The notes beneath the pieces are model-generated. The model had not been told where the DNA came from and ran no database searches. It saw nothing but the letters and a program-made list of their open reading frames with translations. The position numbers and the translations under genes are program-made. Below, piece by piece: positions 19,866-28,442 of a DNA stretch of 38,123 nucleotides (the stretch's first letter is position 1; the number at the start of each line of letters is the position of its first letter). Source of the DNA: a virus. The stretch lies in the IMG/VR virus record IMGVR_UViG_3300043036_000143. One strand, 5' to 3'.

Positions 19866-20324
19866 TTAGGCGTTGGAGAAGGCAGCACCAGGATCAAGGA
19901 TCGTCATTGCGACAACCCACTCACCAGTTGCAACACCAGCAGCAGTGAGCGTTCCAGCAACACGAACCTGAATTGGAACCGCAGACGTTGTTGCGTTTGC
20001 AACATATCCAGCAGCGGTGTTTACCAATACCGATCCAGTATTGAAGCCCAAGACGAACGCACCACTGGTAGCGTCAATGTCAGTCGTTGCAATCATGTTG
20101 GTGGAAGTTCCAGCAACAGAACCAACACTGAAGGTTACATCAGTAGATGTTCCAGAAAACGCAACAGGCTCATAGAGTGCCACGTTGGTCACGATTCCAC
20201 CAGCAGGAATCTGAGCAATCACCCGCTCACTTGAAGTGAGGAAGGATGAGTTGATTAGATCTGCGGCAGTGAATTTGAAGTAGTGAGTAAACCCACGGGA
20301 TTCATTGTTAGCTAATTGAGGCAT
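19866..20324 (-). CDS. Structural protein (possible capsid decoration)
   Basis: 152-aa beta-rich, G/T/A/V-rich ORF directly downstream of the major capsid gene. Confidence 0.6.
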   Translation of the reverse strand: MPQLANNESRGFTHYFKFTAADLINSSFLTSSERVIAQIPAGGIVTNVALYEPVAFSGTSTDVTFSVGSVAGTSTNMIATTDIDATSGAFVLGFNTGSVLVNTAAGYVANATTSAVPIQVRVAGTLTAAGVATGEWVVAMTILDPGAAFSNA

Positions 20325-20348
20325 AATATATTTTGTTCTTGGTTAGGA

Positions 20349-21347
20349 TTAGTAAGCGATTTTGCCGTGGGCTTGTGGGTGTTTAACGCACAGAGTTCCT
20401 GCAACGTCGATGAATCCACGCTCGCCACCACCTTGGTTCTCAAGGCGAGTAGCACCCATTGGGATAAGGGTGTTGAAGCCAAGATACTTCGGATTGAGGA
20501 CGTAGCCAACATTGGTGCTACCAGTTGGCATACAGCTTGGGTTGCCGTTGACAATCTTCACAAGACCGAAGTCGGAGTCATACAAGTTCACCGAAAGGGT
20601 GATTTGCTTGCTCGTAGCGTCTTGGTTGACGTGGTAAGTAACACCAGCGGAAGCAGGAGTTGCACGGGTGAAGTTGCTGATGAGCTGGCGAAGTGCTACG
20701 TTAGCGACAAGCGTCAAGCTATTCATCTCGCCGTTCTTGGCGAAGATCGAACCAACAATGCTGTTGAACGAACTCTCCGAAAGAGTGCCAGTCGTGAAAA
20801 GCGAACCAGAAGGAGTGCGATAATCAGAAGGAACTGGGTTAGTTGCTTGAGCAGTTGACTGAATCCACTTGCCAAGACCACGCATTCCGTAAGGAGTTCC
20901 AGCACCGTTTTCAACAGTCATCTCGTTATCGGAGGCAATAGTTGCTTCGATGTCGCGTTTAATTTCACGCATCGACTTAGCTTCGGCTTGTGCTACGTTA
21001 GCAGGACCAACGCTAGTTACAGCTTGTTGCAGATTCGATACAATGTAATCACGGCGCATCAGTTGGATGTAGTTACCAAGGCGAGCGCGGTTAGCAAACT
21101 TGTCGCTGAACGAGGTCACATCGGAACCTTCACTGATACCAGTCGTTGCTGGAGCAGCCAAGGAATCAACAGTCCACTCGGAATAAGTAGCACTTGCTTT
21201 ACCTTTGCTGCAAAGCGAAAGGATAGGAGTTTCTTCTGGAGCAAGGATAGCAAGTTCGTTGCTAAGATCCTCGCGGTTGGACACGGCGGAACCCTGACCT
21301 GCTTTTGCGGTAGGGGCGGATGGTTGATAAGTATTTGAGATAGGCAT
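20349..21347 (-). CDS. Major capsid protein (HK97-fold, SU10/DUF5309-like by memory)
   Basis: 332 aa. NREDLSNELAILAPEETPILSLCSKGKASATYSEWTVDSL resembles the N-terminal signature of that family. The gene follows the scaffold gene. Confidence 0.85.
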   Translation of the reverse strand: MPISNTYQPSAPTAKAGQGSAVSNREDLSNELAILAPEETPILSLCSKGKASATYSEWTVDSLAAPATTGISEGSDVTSFSDKFANRARLGNYIQLMRRDYIVSNLQQAVTSVGPANVAQAEAKSMREIKRDIEATIASDNEMTVENGAGTPYGMRGLGKWIQSTAQATNPVPSDYRTPSGSLFTTGTLSESSFNSIVGSIFAKNGEMNSLTLVANVALRQLISNFTRATPASAGVTYHVNQDATSKQITLSVNLYDSDFGLVKIVNGNPSCMPTGSTNVGYVLNPKYLGFNTLIPMGATRLENQGGGERGFIDVAGTLCVKHPQAHGKIAY

Positions 21348-21365
21348 AGTCTTAGTTGGTTGAAA

Positions 21366-22463
21366 TTATTTGTATTTAGCAATTCGTGCAGCAACCCATT
21401 CTTCTGGACTTCCGCTCTTTTCAAAGCGAGTATAAGCATCGGCAACTTTGCTCTTCGGGGATGTCGAGGACTTCGCGGCTCCTGCTCCAAATGGGGAAGA
21501 TGATGGACTGACTTTCAGTCTATTCCCCACCGCAGGTTGCTTCTTGATCCTCGTTCCTCCGTTGATGGAGTTGGCGGCATGTGCCAGAATGTATTCGATT
21601 TGGTAGCCAATTTCAGGAACTTGTTTGCGTAGCTTTTCGATAAGCGGGTCAGACACTAAACTTCGGAATTGTTTCCCTACGACTGAGGTTTCATCCTTAA
21701 TGTCGGGAACTTCTTCTTCTGCCGCTGCGATGTATTGACCTTTCAACTGTTCCAGTTGGGCGATCTGCTGGAGATGCGCTTGCTGGGCAGGCAAGAATTT
21801 AGTCAACGCTTCGCGGGAGTTGCGGTTAGCTTTACGAATCTGCTGTTTGGTGAACTCCTTGTCTCCAACTAAGATTATATCTTCGGCGCGATAATCTTCG
21901 TATTCCTCAAGTAATTCATCTGTTGTTTCAAGGGTTCGCTCAAGTTCTTGATACTTCGCTTTCAAGTCATCAAATGACTGGATTTCACGAAATGGATTCT
22001 CGTCTTGAGGGACTTCCTTGACTGCTGGTTGAGATTGAATCTTTTCCTCTAAGGCTTTCTTCTGAGCGGTTAGCTCGCCAATGCGTTGCAGCAATCGGCT
22101 CTTACCTTTTTTGGCTAAGGATTGAATCTGTTCAGCCGTCAACGACAGTAGATCAATTTCACTTTCCTGCTCCTCCTCTTCCTCTTCGGCTTCTTCCTCG
22201 GCTTCGGCTTCCTCTACTTCAGCGGAAATTTCTTCCTCCTCGGCTTCGGGTGCTTCTTCTTCGGGTTGCTCCTCAGATTCAGGTTCGGGATTATGTCTTG
22301 CCGTTCTCTGAGCTACAAGCTCTTCAAATGACATGTTTGACACTGATTCAATAGCTTCAGCGGTAGCTTCTGGATTACTCATATTAGGAACGCCATTTAC
22401 GCTCGGCGGTGCGATTCGCGAGGACGTTAACGCAAAAGTAGTGCATTTGTCAATAGTAAACAT
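21366..22463 (-). CDS. Scaffolding protein
   Basis: Contains an acidic E-rich block (EEEAPEAEEEEISAEVEEAEAEEEAEEEEEEQE) and a long helical region, and sits between portal and capsid. The track start at 22469 is TTG. The first ATG is 22463, with an alternative ATG at 22382 (MSNPEATAE). Confidence 0.75.
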   Translation of the reverse strand: MFTIDKCTTFALTSSRIAPPSVNGVPNMSNPEATAEAIESVSNMSFEELVAQRTARHNPEPESEEQPEEEAPEAEEEEISAEVEEAEAEEEAEEEEEEQESEIDLLSLTAEQIQSLAKKGKSRLLQRIGELTAQKKALEEKIQSQPAVKEVPQDENPFREIQSFDDLKAKYQELERTLETTDELLEEYEDYRAEDIILVGDKEFTKQQIRKANRNSREALTKFLPAQQAHLQQIAQLEQLKGQYIAAAEEEVPDIKDETSVVGKQFRSLVSDPLIEKLRKQVPEIGYQIEYILAHAANSINGGTRIKKQPAVGNRLKVSPSSSPFGAGAAKSSTSPKSKVADAYTRFEKSGSPEEWVAARIAKYK

Positions 22464-22484
22464 TTGCAATCATGTTTTTTATGC

Positions 22485-22519
22485 AAAATAAAACCCGTAG
22501 AGGGTTTAATCTCTACGGG
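22485..22519 (-). terminator. Rho-independent terminator upstream of the scaffold gene
   Basis: A 9-bp stem CCCGTAGAG (22494-502) / CTCTACGGG (22511-19). On the minus strand it is followed by TTTTATTTT. Confidence 0.65.
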
Positions 22520-22581
22520 TCTATGAACACAAGAGCTGAAAACAAAACAGCGAGGAAATAAAAGCAGAACGTGGACGGATG

Positions 22582-22794
22582 TCAACCTTCTTTTTTCAGA
22601 AGAATTAAAAGCTCGTCTAGAGTAGAAACACTGCCGACGATTTTCATAACCTCGTTTGGCTCTACGCATTGGCGCAAGTCACCAAAGAAACGCTCACGCT
22701 CATCTCGGATGAATTGGATGATTGCTTTGAACTCGTCGCGGTCGGATAGAGCTTCAACAGCTTGAACAATAGTTGGCTTGGGTAGTGGTGTCAT
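22582..22794 (-). CDS. Hypothetical protein
   Basis: 70-aa ORF, ATGA-coupled. Confidence 0.65.
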   Translation of the reverse strand: MTPLPKPTIVQAVEALSDRDEFKAIIQFIRDERERFFGDLRQCVEPNEVMKIVGSVSTLDELLILLKKEG

Positions 22795-23123
22795 TTGAAT
22801 GGACTAAGTTTTTTATCTAATCTAAGTTTAGCATGTTGAATTGCTTTCTGCATAATAGCTTCTGGAATTGGCTTCTTATTTGGAATAATATCATTTTGCA
22901 TCAACGTAATTTCATCCTTGCTTAGTGTAGGAACAAGTGTTGGAAAGTCAATTTGTTTTCCATTAACTTGCACGGCTTTACTTTGCGTAGAATATTCTGT
23001 AGCAACTGATCCATCTGGAAGTTTTATTTCTCCAAGAAATCCTGTATTTTTCTTAGATCCATCTGGACGCTTGCCATAATCCTTCTTTAATATTAACGGC
23101 AAACCTGTTATTGGGTATGGCAT
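22791..23123 (-). CDS. Hypothetical protein
   Basis: 110-aa ORF. Confidence 0.7.
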   Translation of the reverse strand: MPYPITGLPLILKKDYGKRPDGSKKNTGFLGEIKLPDGSVATEYSTQSKAVQVNGKQIDFPTLVPTLSKDEITLMQNDIIPNKKPIPEAIMQKAIQHAKLRLDKKLSPFK

Positions 23124-23135
23124 AGAATTGCTTTA

Positions 23136-23258
23136 TTATTTTCTTGCTTTCTTTTTAGGCATCTTGCCCATCTTGATTTCAATTTCAACGTAACCTTTGC
23201 CTTTGCCTTTACGTTCCATCTTTTCGCGATCATTGCCGCATGATTTAGTTTTCTTCAT
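23136..23258 (-). CDS. Very basic small protein (40 aa)
   Basis: Hand translation gives MKKTKSCGNDREKMERKGKGKGYVEIEIKMGKMPKKKARK. It is below the track cutoff. Confidence 0.45.
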   Translation of the reverse strand: MKKTKSCGNDREKMERKGKGKGYVEIEIKMGKMPKKKARK

Positions 23259-23262
23259 AGAG

Positions 23263-23505
23263 TTATTTCATTGATTTACTTCCGCTGCATTTCCATTTTT
23301 TGCGGGATAGGTTATTCGGTGAATTAGGATCACTGCGCCAGTTGCCTTTAATAGCATTAGATCGAGCGCAATAGGCATCGCCTTTGGCAGTGCCAGGACG
23401 AATGCGATCACCACCGTCTGCGGCTTTACCTGCTTGCCCATACTTGATGGTTTTCTTACGACCAGTAGCTGGGTTTGTGATTACTTTCTTAAATCTCTTT
23501 TCCAT
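23263..23505 (-). CDS. Basic small protein (80 aa)
   Basis: ORF rich in K, R and G: ...GRKKTIKYGQAGKAADGGDRIRPGTAKGDAYCARS... Confidence 0.65.
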   Translation of the reverse strand: MEKRFKKVITNPATGRKKTIKYGQAGKAADGGDRIRPGTAKGDAYCARSNAIKGNWRSDPNSPNNLSRKKWKCSGSKSMK

Positions 23506-23565
23506 GATTATGCTTATTTATACAGGCTTATACACATTTTGGAGTATAATTGTGGTTAGCGTTTC

Positions 23566-23712
23566 TCACTTTTTCTTGGCGGTTTTAGCTGATTCGCGGA
23601 AGTCTTTTGCAGTTGGTGCTTTCTTGCTGCCAACTTTATTCATTTTCTCTCCGCTACCTGCTGCGATACGTTTGCGTTTCGCTGCGATGTTACTGTATAG
23701 TCCTTGTTTCAT
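23566..23712 (-). CDS. Basic small protein (48 aa)
   Basis: Hand translation gives MKQGLYSNIAAKRKRIAAGSGEKMNKVGSKKAPTAKDFRESAKTAKKK. Confidence 0.5.
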   Translation of the reverse strand: MKQGLYSNIAAKRKRIAAGSGEKMNKVGSKKAPTAKDFRESAKTAKKK

Positions 23713-23714
23713 TG

Positions 23715-23918
23715 TTATTGTTTAGGTTGTTGATGTTCAGACTTCAAGTTATTTAACTGTGATTCAATATTGCAAGATTCTTTATACATTGCCCAAGCCA
23801 CTTTTTCCCAATCAACATCCCATACTGGACTGCCATCTTCGTTTCGTTGCGCTAAATCCCAAGCTTTCCACGTTTGAGGATTGAGATTTACACCATTTGT
23901 GAACCATGATAATGACAT
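23715..23918 (-). CDS. Hypothetical protein
   Basis: 67-aa Trp-rich ORF immediately downstream of the portal gene. Confidence 0.65.
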   Translation of the reverse strand: MSLSWFTNGVNLNPQTWKAWDLAQRNEDGSPVWDVDWEKVAWAMYKESCNIESQLNNLKSEHQQPKQ

Positions 23919-23931
23919 CTTTTGCGTTCCG

Positions 23932-25998
23932 TTATTGTTCCATTCCTTGAGTTGTCATTCCACCCATTTCAGCAGGTGCTGTTCCAATGCGTCCAATCTC
24001 GGCGTTCTGAGCCTGTTGTAGCTGGAATTGATACTGCCCCATATACTTCTGCAAGCGAGCAGCAAAAGCCTCGTCTTGCTGAGCTCTAGCTGCAACATCG
24101 GGTTGCTGAACGTAAGCCTGAACCATCTGCATGGCAATTTGCGCTCCGTTTGGTTGTGCGGGAACTTCGATGCCAGAGAAGATCTTGGAAAGATCATCGG
24201 TGACGTTTTTCGCGATCTTCTGTTGTGCCTCCTCCACTGGTTGCAGGACGTAGTCAGCAAAGATTGGATTGATAGAAGATGCTGCGAACTCCAGTAGTTT
24301 GTTTACATCGAGAATGCCATTGCGATCCAGTTGGACAAGAGATACCATATTCTTCAACTGAGTCTCTGCTGTTTCTGGATCACTTGCCAAGGAGTCAAAC
24401 GATACCATAATTGAATAGTTCTCATCTGGACTACCCTTGGTCATCACTTGTGGATTGGGATTCCCTGTAACTTGGAAGAAGATTTCATCAGGTCCCATAC
24501 GTTGATACAGCTTCCATGCCATTGTGAGAACGTCTTTAACGTGGTCTAGGAACTTGCCGATATAATACTGTTGGCGTGCCGATGATAGAGGATTTGTAAG
24601 ATCAAGTCCAATAGCACGGTCTGCTTGTCCACGCATGGAAAGCTCGCTTTCTACTGAGCCGTCATCCCGTGGGGGAATAGGACCGAATGCAATTTCACCT
24701 AATCGGCGATACGGCACTCTACGTCCAGGACCCCAATCGGATGGTGGGCGACCAGCAGGGTGCATAATCGGAGGCAATGTTGCCAAAGACGCACGGTCGA
24801 TACGACTGTCACGTTCTGTCTTAATTTGCATCTGAGGACCACGGAGAATGTCAGAGAATGTCTGCACTTCATACATCCGCTTCTGGTCGTTAGCTAACCG
24901 AGTTACCACAAATGGATAGTCGTCGTAACCGTTGAGAAGTTCATGCTTGGCATAGCCATCTGTCTGCGGATGGAACACTGTGCAGTAAATACCCTCAGAA
25001 CCATCATCCTCGTCAATTAAACGTTGATACGCATAAACTACCATGACAAGATCGTTGTCGTCAGTGATTGGCAAGCGAGTCTGAGTCTTTACTTTCTCGC
25101 CATCAAGATACATGGAGTCTTTACCACGAAGTGTTTCAATAGCGTTATCTACCCATTTACGATCCCATCCTTCGTTTGCCACCTTTTTCTCAAGCTCTTG
25201 AGCTGTGAGGAATGTTCGCCAGAACATGTATGGTGCGCGTTGTGGATCTGAGATGTAAGATGGATACATCACCTCTCCATCGGGAGCGCAAGCATAAACT
25301 ACAGGGCAGTCAACAGTTTGGCGTGATAGCGGGATTTCAGCAACACCCATCTTGCGTAGGTCTTTGATTGCCTTCTTAGCTCGCTTAGTAGATAGGTCAG
25401 GAAATGAGTCTTGAAGCAACTCAATCAACATATCGTCGTCTTGCTCACTTAGAATCAACTCAACAAGATCAGGTGATGCTTGCTGAATTTGCTCAAGACT
25501 AACGCTTTGTAAGTAAGTGCGTTTCTCACGGTTCCAACCAACGTAGGTAACCATGATGCCTTTCTCCATGAGGTAGTTGCCACCAAGTTCCATCTGACGC
25601 TTGAAGTCGGGGATGTAGGATGCTCGCATCCATTTTAGGAAGCCAGAAACCACCGCTGCTTTTGGCATTGCTGCCATAGACGTTGGGAACGCTTTGATGT
25701 GAGAGCGAGACAACGCTTGGTCAAACAACGCAACATACATGTCAATACGCTCACCGACTACGTTTACCTCTTGGTCGGATGCGCCTTGCCACGGAAAAGC
25801 ATTAGCTCCGTTCTTGCGTAGGTCATCCGACTTGCCATCCCAGATGTTTCTGCGGTCGTTGTAAGAACGTAGGCAGGATTCAAAATAGTAATCTAGATCA
25901 ACTAGGCAGGTATCATAAGCATTAGATAATGCACCAATATCAGGCTTCTTGTCTAAATAAACAAGGGACTCATCTTCAATTTGTTGAATGTCATTCAT
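23932..25998 (-). CDS. Portal protein
   Basis: 688 aa, the second gene after terL (a small 86-aa ORF lies between them). The size and a Q-rich helical C-terminus are typical. The assignment rests on position and size. Confidence 0.8.
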   Translation of the reverse strand: MNDIQQIEDESLVYLDKKPDIGALSNAYDTCLVDLDYYFESCLRSYNDRRNIWDGKSDDLRKNGANAFPWQGASDQEVNVVGERIDMYVALFDQALSRSHIKAFPTSMAAMPKAAVVSGFLKWMRASYIPDFKRQMELGGNYLMEKGIMVTYVGWNREKRTYLQSVSLEQIQQASPDLVELILSEQDDDMLIELLQDSFPDLSTKRAKKAIKDLRKMGVAEIPLSRQTVDCPVVYACAPDGEVMYPSYISDPQRAPYMFWRTFLTAQELEKKVANEGWDRKWVDNAIETLRGKDSMYLDGEKVKTQTRLPITDDNDLVMVVYAYQRLIDEDDGSEGIYCTVFHPQTDGYAKHELLNGYDDYPFVVTRLANDQKRMYEVQTFSDILRGPQMQIKTERDSRIDRASLATLPPIMHPAGRPPSDWGPGRRVPYRRLGEIAFGPIPPRDDGSVESELSMRGQADRAIGLDLTNPLSSARQQYYIGKFLDHVKDVLTMAWKLYQRMGPDEIFFQVTGNPNPQVMTKGSPDENYSIMVSFDSLASDPETAETQLKNMVSLVQLDRNGILDVNKLLEFAASSINPIFADYVLQPVEEAQQKIAKNVTDDLSKIFSGIEVPAQPNGAQIAMQMVQAYVQQPDVAARAQQDEAFAARLQKYMGQYQFQLQQAQNAEIGRIGTAPAEMGGMTTQGMEQ

Positions 25999-26255
25999 GC
26001 TGTATATTGGTAGTAATCTTCAGGTTCGGAATTGACGAGAATAACATTAACTTGCTTTCCTAGCAAGCCTTTTGATATTTGAGCGGGACATTTTACGTTA
26101 ACGCTGAATCCGTCGATCCGCGCTTTTAGCCATGTCGGGTTATTGCAAACTCCTACAATCAACGCTTTTAATGGCGATTCTTGTATGTCTTGCATAATTT
26201 CTTCAACAACCTTAGCGGGTCGCCCTCGTTTCTTTGCTTCTTTTTTGGTATTCAT
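25995..26255 (-). CDS. Hypothetical protein
   Basis: The track start at 26270 is GTG. The ATG at 26255 has a GGAGG 8 nt upstream. An ATGA overlap links it to the portal gene. Confidence 0.65.
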   Translation of the reverse strand: MNTKKEAKKRGRPAKVVEEIMQDIQESPLKALIVGVCNNPTWLKARIDGFSVNVKCPAQISKGLLGKQVNVILVNSEPEDYYQYTA

Positions 26256-26256
26256 A

Positions 26257-27855
26257 TTAGTAACCTCCACCTCCTTGGATTGTGGCTAAACTTACGGAAC
26301 TGTCAACATGATCTATTCCTGAGATTGCAGCATAGCGTAAAACATCTATTGGATCTTTGTGAGCTTCCTTTAATCCGCCATCTCCCGTGTATTCTGACAA
26401 TGCTTGGATGATATTCTCGCAATCGGAACTGATGTAGAAATGTGGACGATTGATAGCGTCTAATGGCTTGCTTGTGTCCCATGCCATTTTCCCAATCAAT
26501 GCCTGTAATCCGTCATCAATATCAAGTCCAGGCGCTGGGATGCAAACCATGCCAGCATCGTTCAAATCTTCGATAATGGAAGATGATCCATCCTGCACTT
26601 GATACTTTGCAGCACCAAGGCGCGGGTCAATCAATCGTTCAAAGATTTCTTCTTCACCTTCCATTTCTTCGATAAGCTCAACGTAGTCGCGAATGCCGAA
26701 TCCTTGCCCCTTAGCTCCCTCTCCAGGCATCCACTTACCACCGCGCCATTCAGCCCAGTCACCAACATCCACGCTAGGCCATTCGCGATAAACCCACATT
26801 GTTCCAGTCTCATCCACTGCAATCCAGCACATGAACCAGTTCTTAGATCCAGCAGGGTCGATAACATGATACTTGGTGATGTTGTTTCTAGGAATCTTAT
26901 CAGGCTCTACCACGTTCACGATCTTGTTGAATTTCGGGAACTTTGTAGCATGCGACTTCATCGGCACACCATAGGCACGAATAAGGATTTCCTCCCGTGT
27001 TCTCCCTTTCAGCGTTTCCTTAATGCGATCATATCCACCGAAGGCATTGTCTTGCGAGTGGAAGTAATGCACGGAAGCATTTAGCTTCTTTGATCTTTGA
27101 ACGTAAGGAACAAGCTCGTTATTAAGCAGTTCTGCTTCTCGGCTTTCGATAGTTGTTGCGCCATCAAGATACTCCTTGATAACCTCAGTCCACCCGTCAA
27201 TCGGCGTAAACGTAACAAGCATCTTGGAGTTCCGAGTAGCAAGACGGAATCGCATGGTATTTATCAACTCTGGACCAAGAAGATATTCGTCGAGCCATAC
27301 GCCAATGTTGTGCCAGACTGGATTGCGAGAGCCAAGTTCAGCACCTTCCAAAATCGTAGGGTTATTTTGATATTGTGAATATGTCTTGAATATGATCTGC
27401 GAACCGTTAGGGAGAATTAGCGATGAATCTGTAAATCCAGTTTTTTTCTTGTATGAAATATAAGCATTTGCGCTTGTGTATTTCGTCTTGAGATACTCAG
27501 GAAGCCATGCCCATACAGCACTTTGTTGCTGACGGATAGACACTTCGGACGTTTGCGCGAAGCAGAATATCTCAGAGTTGGGATTTTCCACAGCAGCACG
27601 GACAACGGAGAACGCACCCCATTGAGTTTTGCCAGAACGGTTGCCTCCCAATGCTAGGATTTCATTTACTTCTTGAAGTTGCTCCTCGGCTTTTACCCAG
27701 TGTGGCAAACGGAACCCATACTGATACGGGTCTTTTTCGGCATTCTCAATAGCTTCGTGGTAAATACGATGGATAGATAGCACCTCTTCTGGTGTCATCT
27801 GAATCAGCTCCTCATCCGTGGGAGGCTTTAGAATCTGATGTTGTCTCCAAATCAT
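26257..27855 (-). CDS. terL: Terminase large subunit
   Basis: Walker A GGNRSGKTQWG and Walker B VWLDE are present, with C-terminal nuclease motifs (HVIDPAG, ...DPID). 532 aa. Confidence 0.93.
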   Translation of the reverse strand: MIWRQHQILKPPTDEELIQMTPEEVLSIHRIYHEAIENAEKDPYQYGFRLPHWVKAEEQLQEVNEILALGGNRSGKTQWGAFSVVRAAVENPNSEIFCFAQTSEVSIRQQQSAVWAWLPEYLKTKYTSANAYISYKKKTGFTDSSLILPNGSQIIFKTYSQYQNNPTILEGAELGSRNPVWHNIGVWLDEYLLGPELINTMRFRLATRNSKMLVTFTPIDGWTEVIKEYLDGATTIESREAELLNNELVPYVQRSKKLNASVHYFHSQDNAFGGYDRIKETLKGRTREEILIRAYGVPMKSHATKFPKFNKIVNVVEPDKIPRNNITKYHVIDPAGSKNWFMCWIAVDETGTMWVYREWPSVDVGDWAEWRGGKWMPGEGAKGQGFGIRDYVELIEEMEGEEEIFERLIDPRLGAAKYQVQDGSSSIIEDLNDAGMVCIPAPGLDIDDGLQALIGKMAWDTSKPLDAINRPHFYISSDCENIIQALSEYTGDGGLKEAHKDPIDVLRYAAISGIDHVDSSVSLATIQGGGGY

Positions 27856-28406
27856 ACTGTTTCCGCTTCAACTACTTTACCTTTGGCAATACGGCTCCTT
27901 GCTTCGTTGATTAGATTGGCAGCATCATCGAGACTTGCACCCTTACGATGCTCAACCACGGTTGTCGCCATGCCAGTAAGCTGTGCCGCTTTGTCTGTGA
28001 GAATGCCAACGGTGATTGCCAGCTTCTCAGGGGAGATTTTAGCAAGGCTATCAGGATCGTCAAAGAGTTGCGTAGCTCGTTCAAACAACAAGTCAGTGTA
28101 TTCCTGCGCTGCAATAGCGTAACGCATGGAAAACTCTTTGCGCTTTGTCTCTAGCGTATCGTTATGCCGCCATTCTAATTGGCGAATAGTTTCCCTGCCA
28201 ACTCCAGTTTTCTTGGATATTTCAGTAATCTTGGCTCCTTGAGATAAGAGAAACAATGCTAATGCAGCCTTGTGCGGCGCGTAATGTTCTATGTTGTTCC
28301 GTGGCAGCAACTTAGCACGTTCTCTTACCTCAAGAAACCACTCGCTCTTGTCGGGACGATCATCGTAGTAATTGTCTTTCAGTTTCTGGAGTTGTTCTTC
28401 GCTCAT
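27852..28406 (-). CDS. terS: Terminase small subunit (HTH-containing)
   Basis: 184 aa, ATGA-coupled upstream of terL, with the HTH AKITEISKKTGVGRETIRQLE. Confidence 0.65.
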   Translation of the reverse strand: MSEEQLQKLKDNYYDDRPDKSEWFLEVRERAKLLPRNNIEHYAPHKAALALFLLSQGAKITEISKKTGVGRETIRQLEWRHNDTLETKRKEFSMRYAIAAQEYTDLLFERATQLFDDPDSLAKISPEKLAITVGILTDKAAQLTGMATTVVEHRKGASLDDAANLINEARSRIAKGKVVEAETV

Positions 28407-28442
28407 AAGTTTGCGCCTTGCTGAAAGAAGTAAACTTTAGTT

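Noticed and set aside
20316-20858. 180-aa plus-strand ORF antisense to the major capsid gene (similar cases at 20988..21338, 16603..17019, 26599..27084 and 28486..28824)
   Set aside because: These are antisense ORFs inside strongly supported structural genes, with no motifs or initiation signals.
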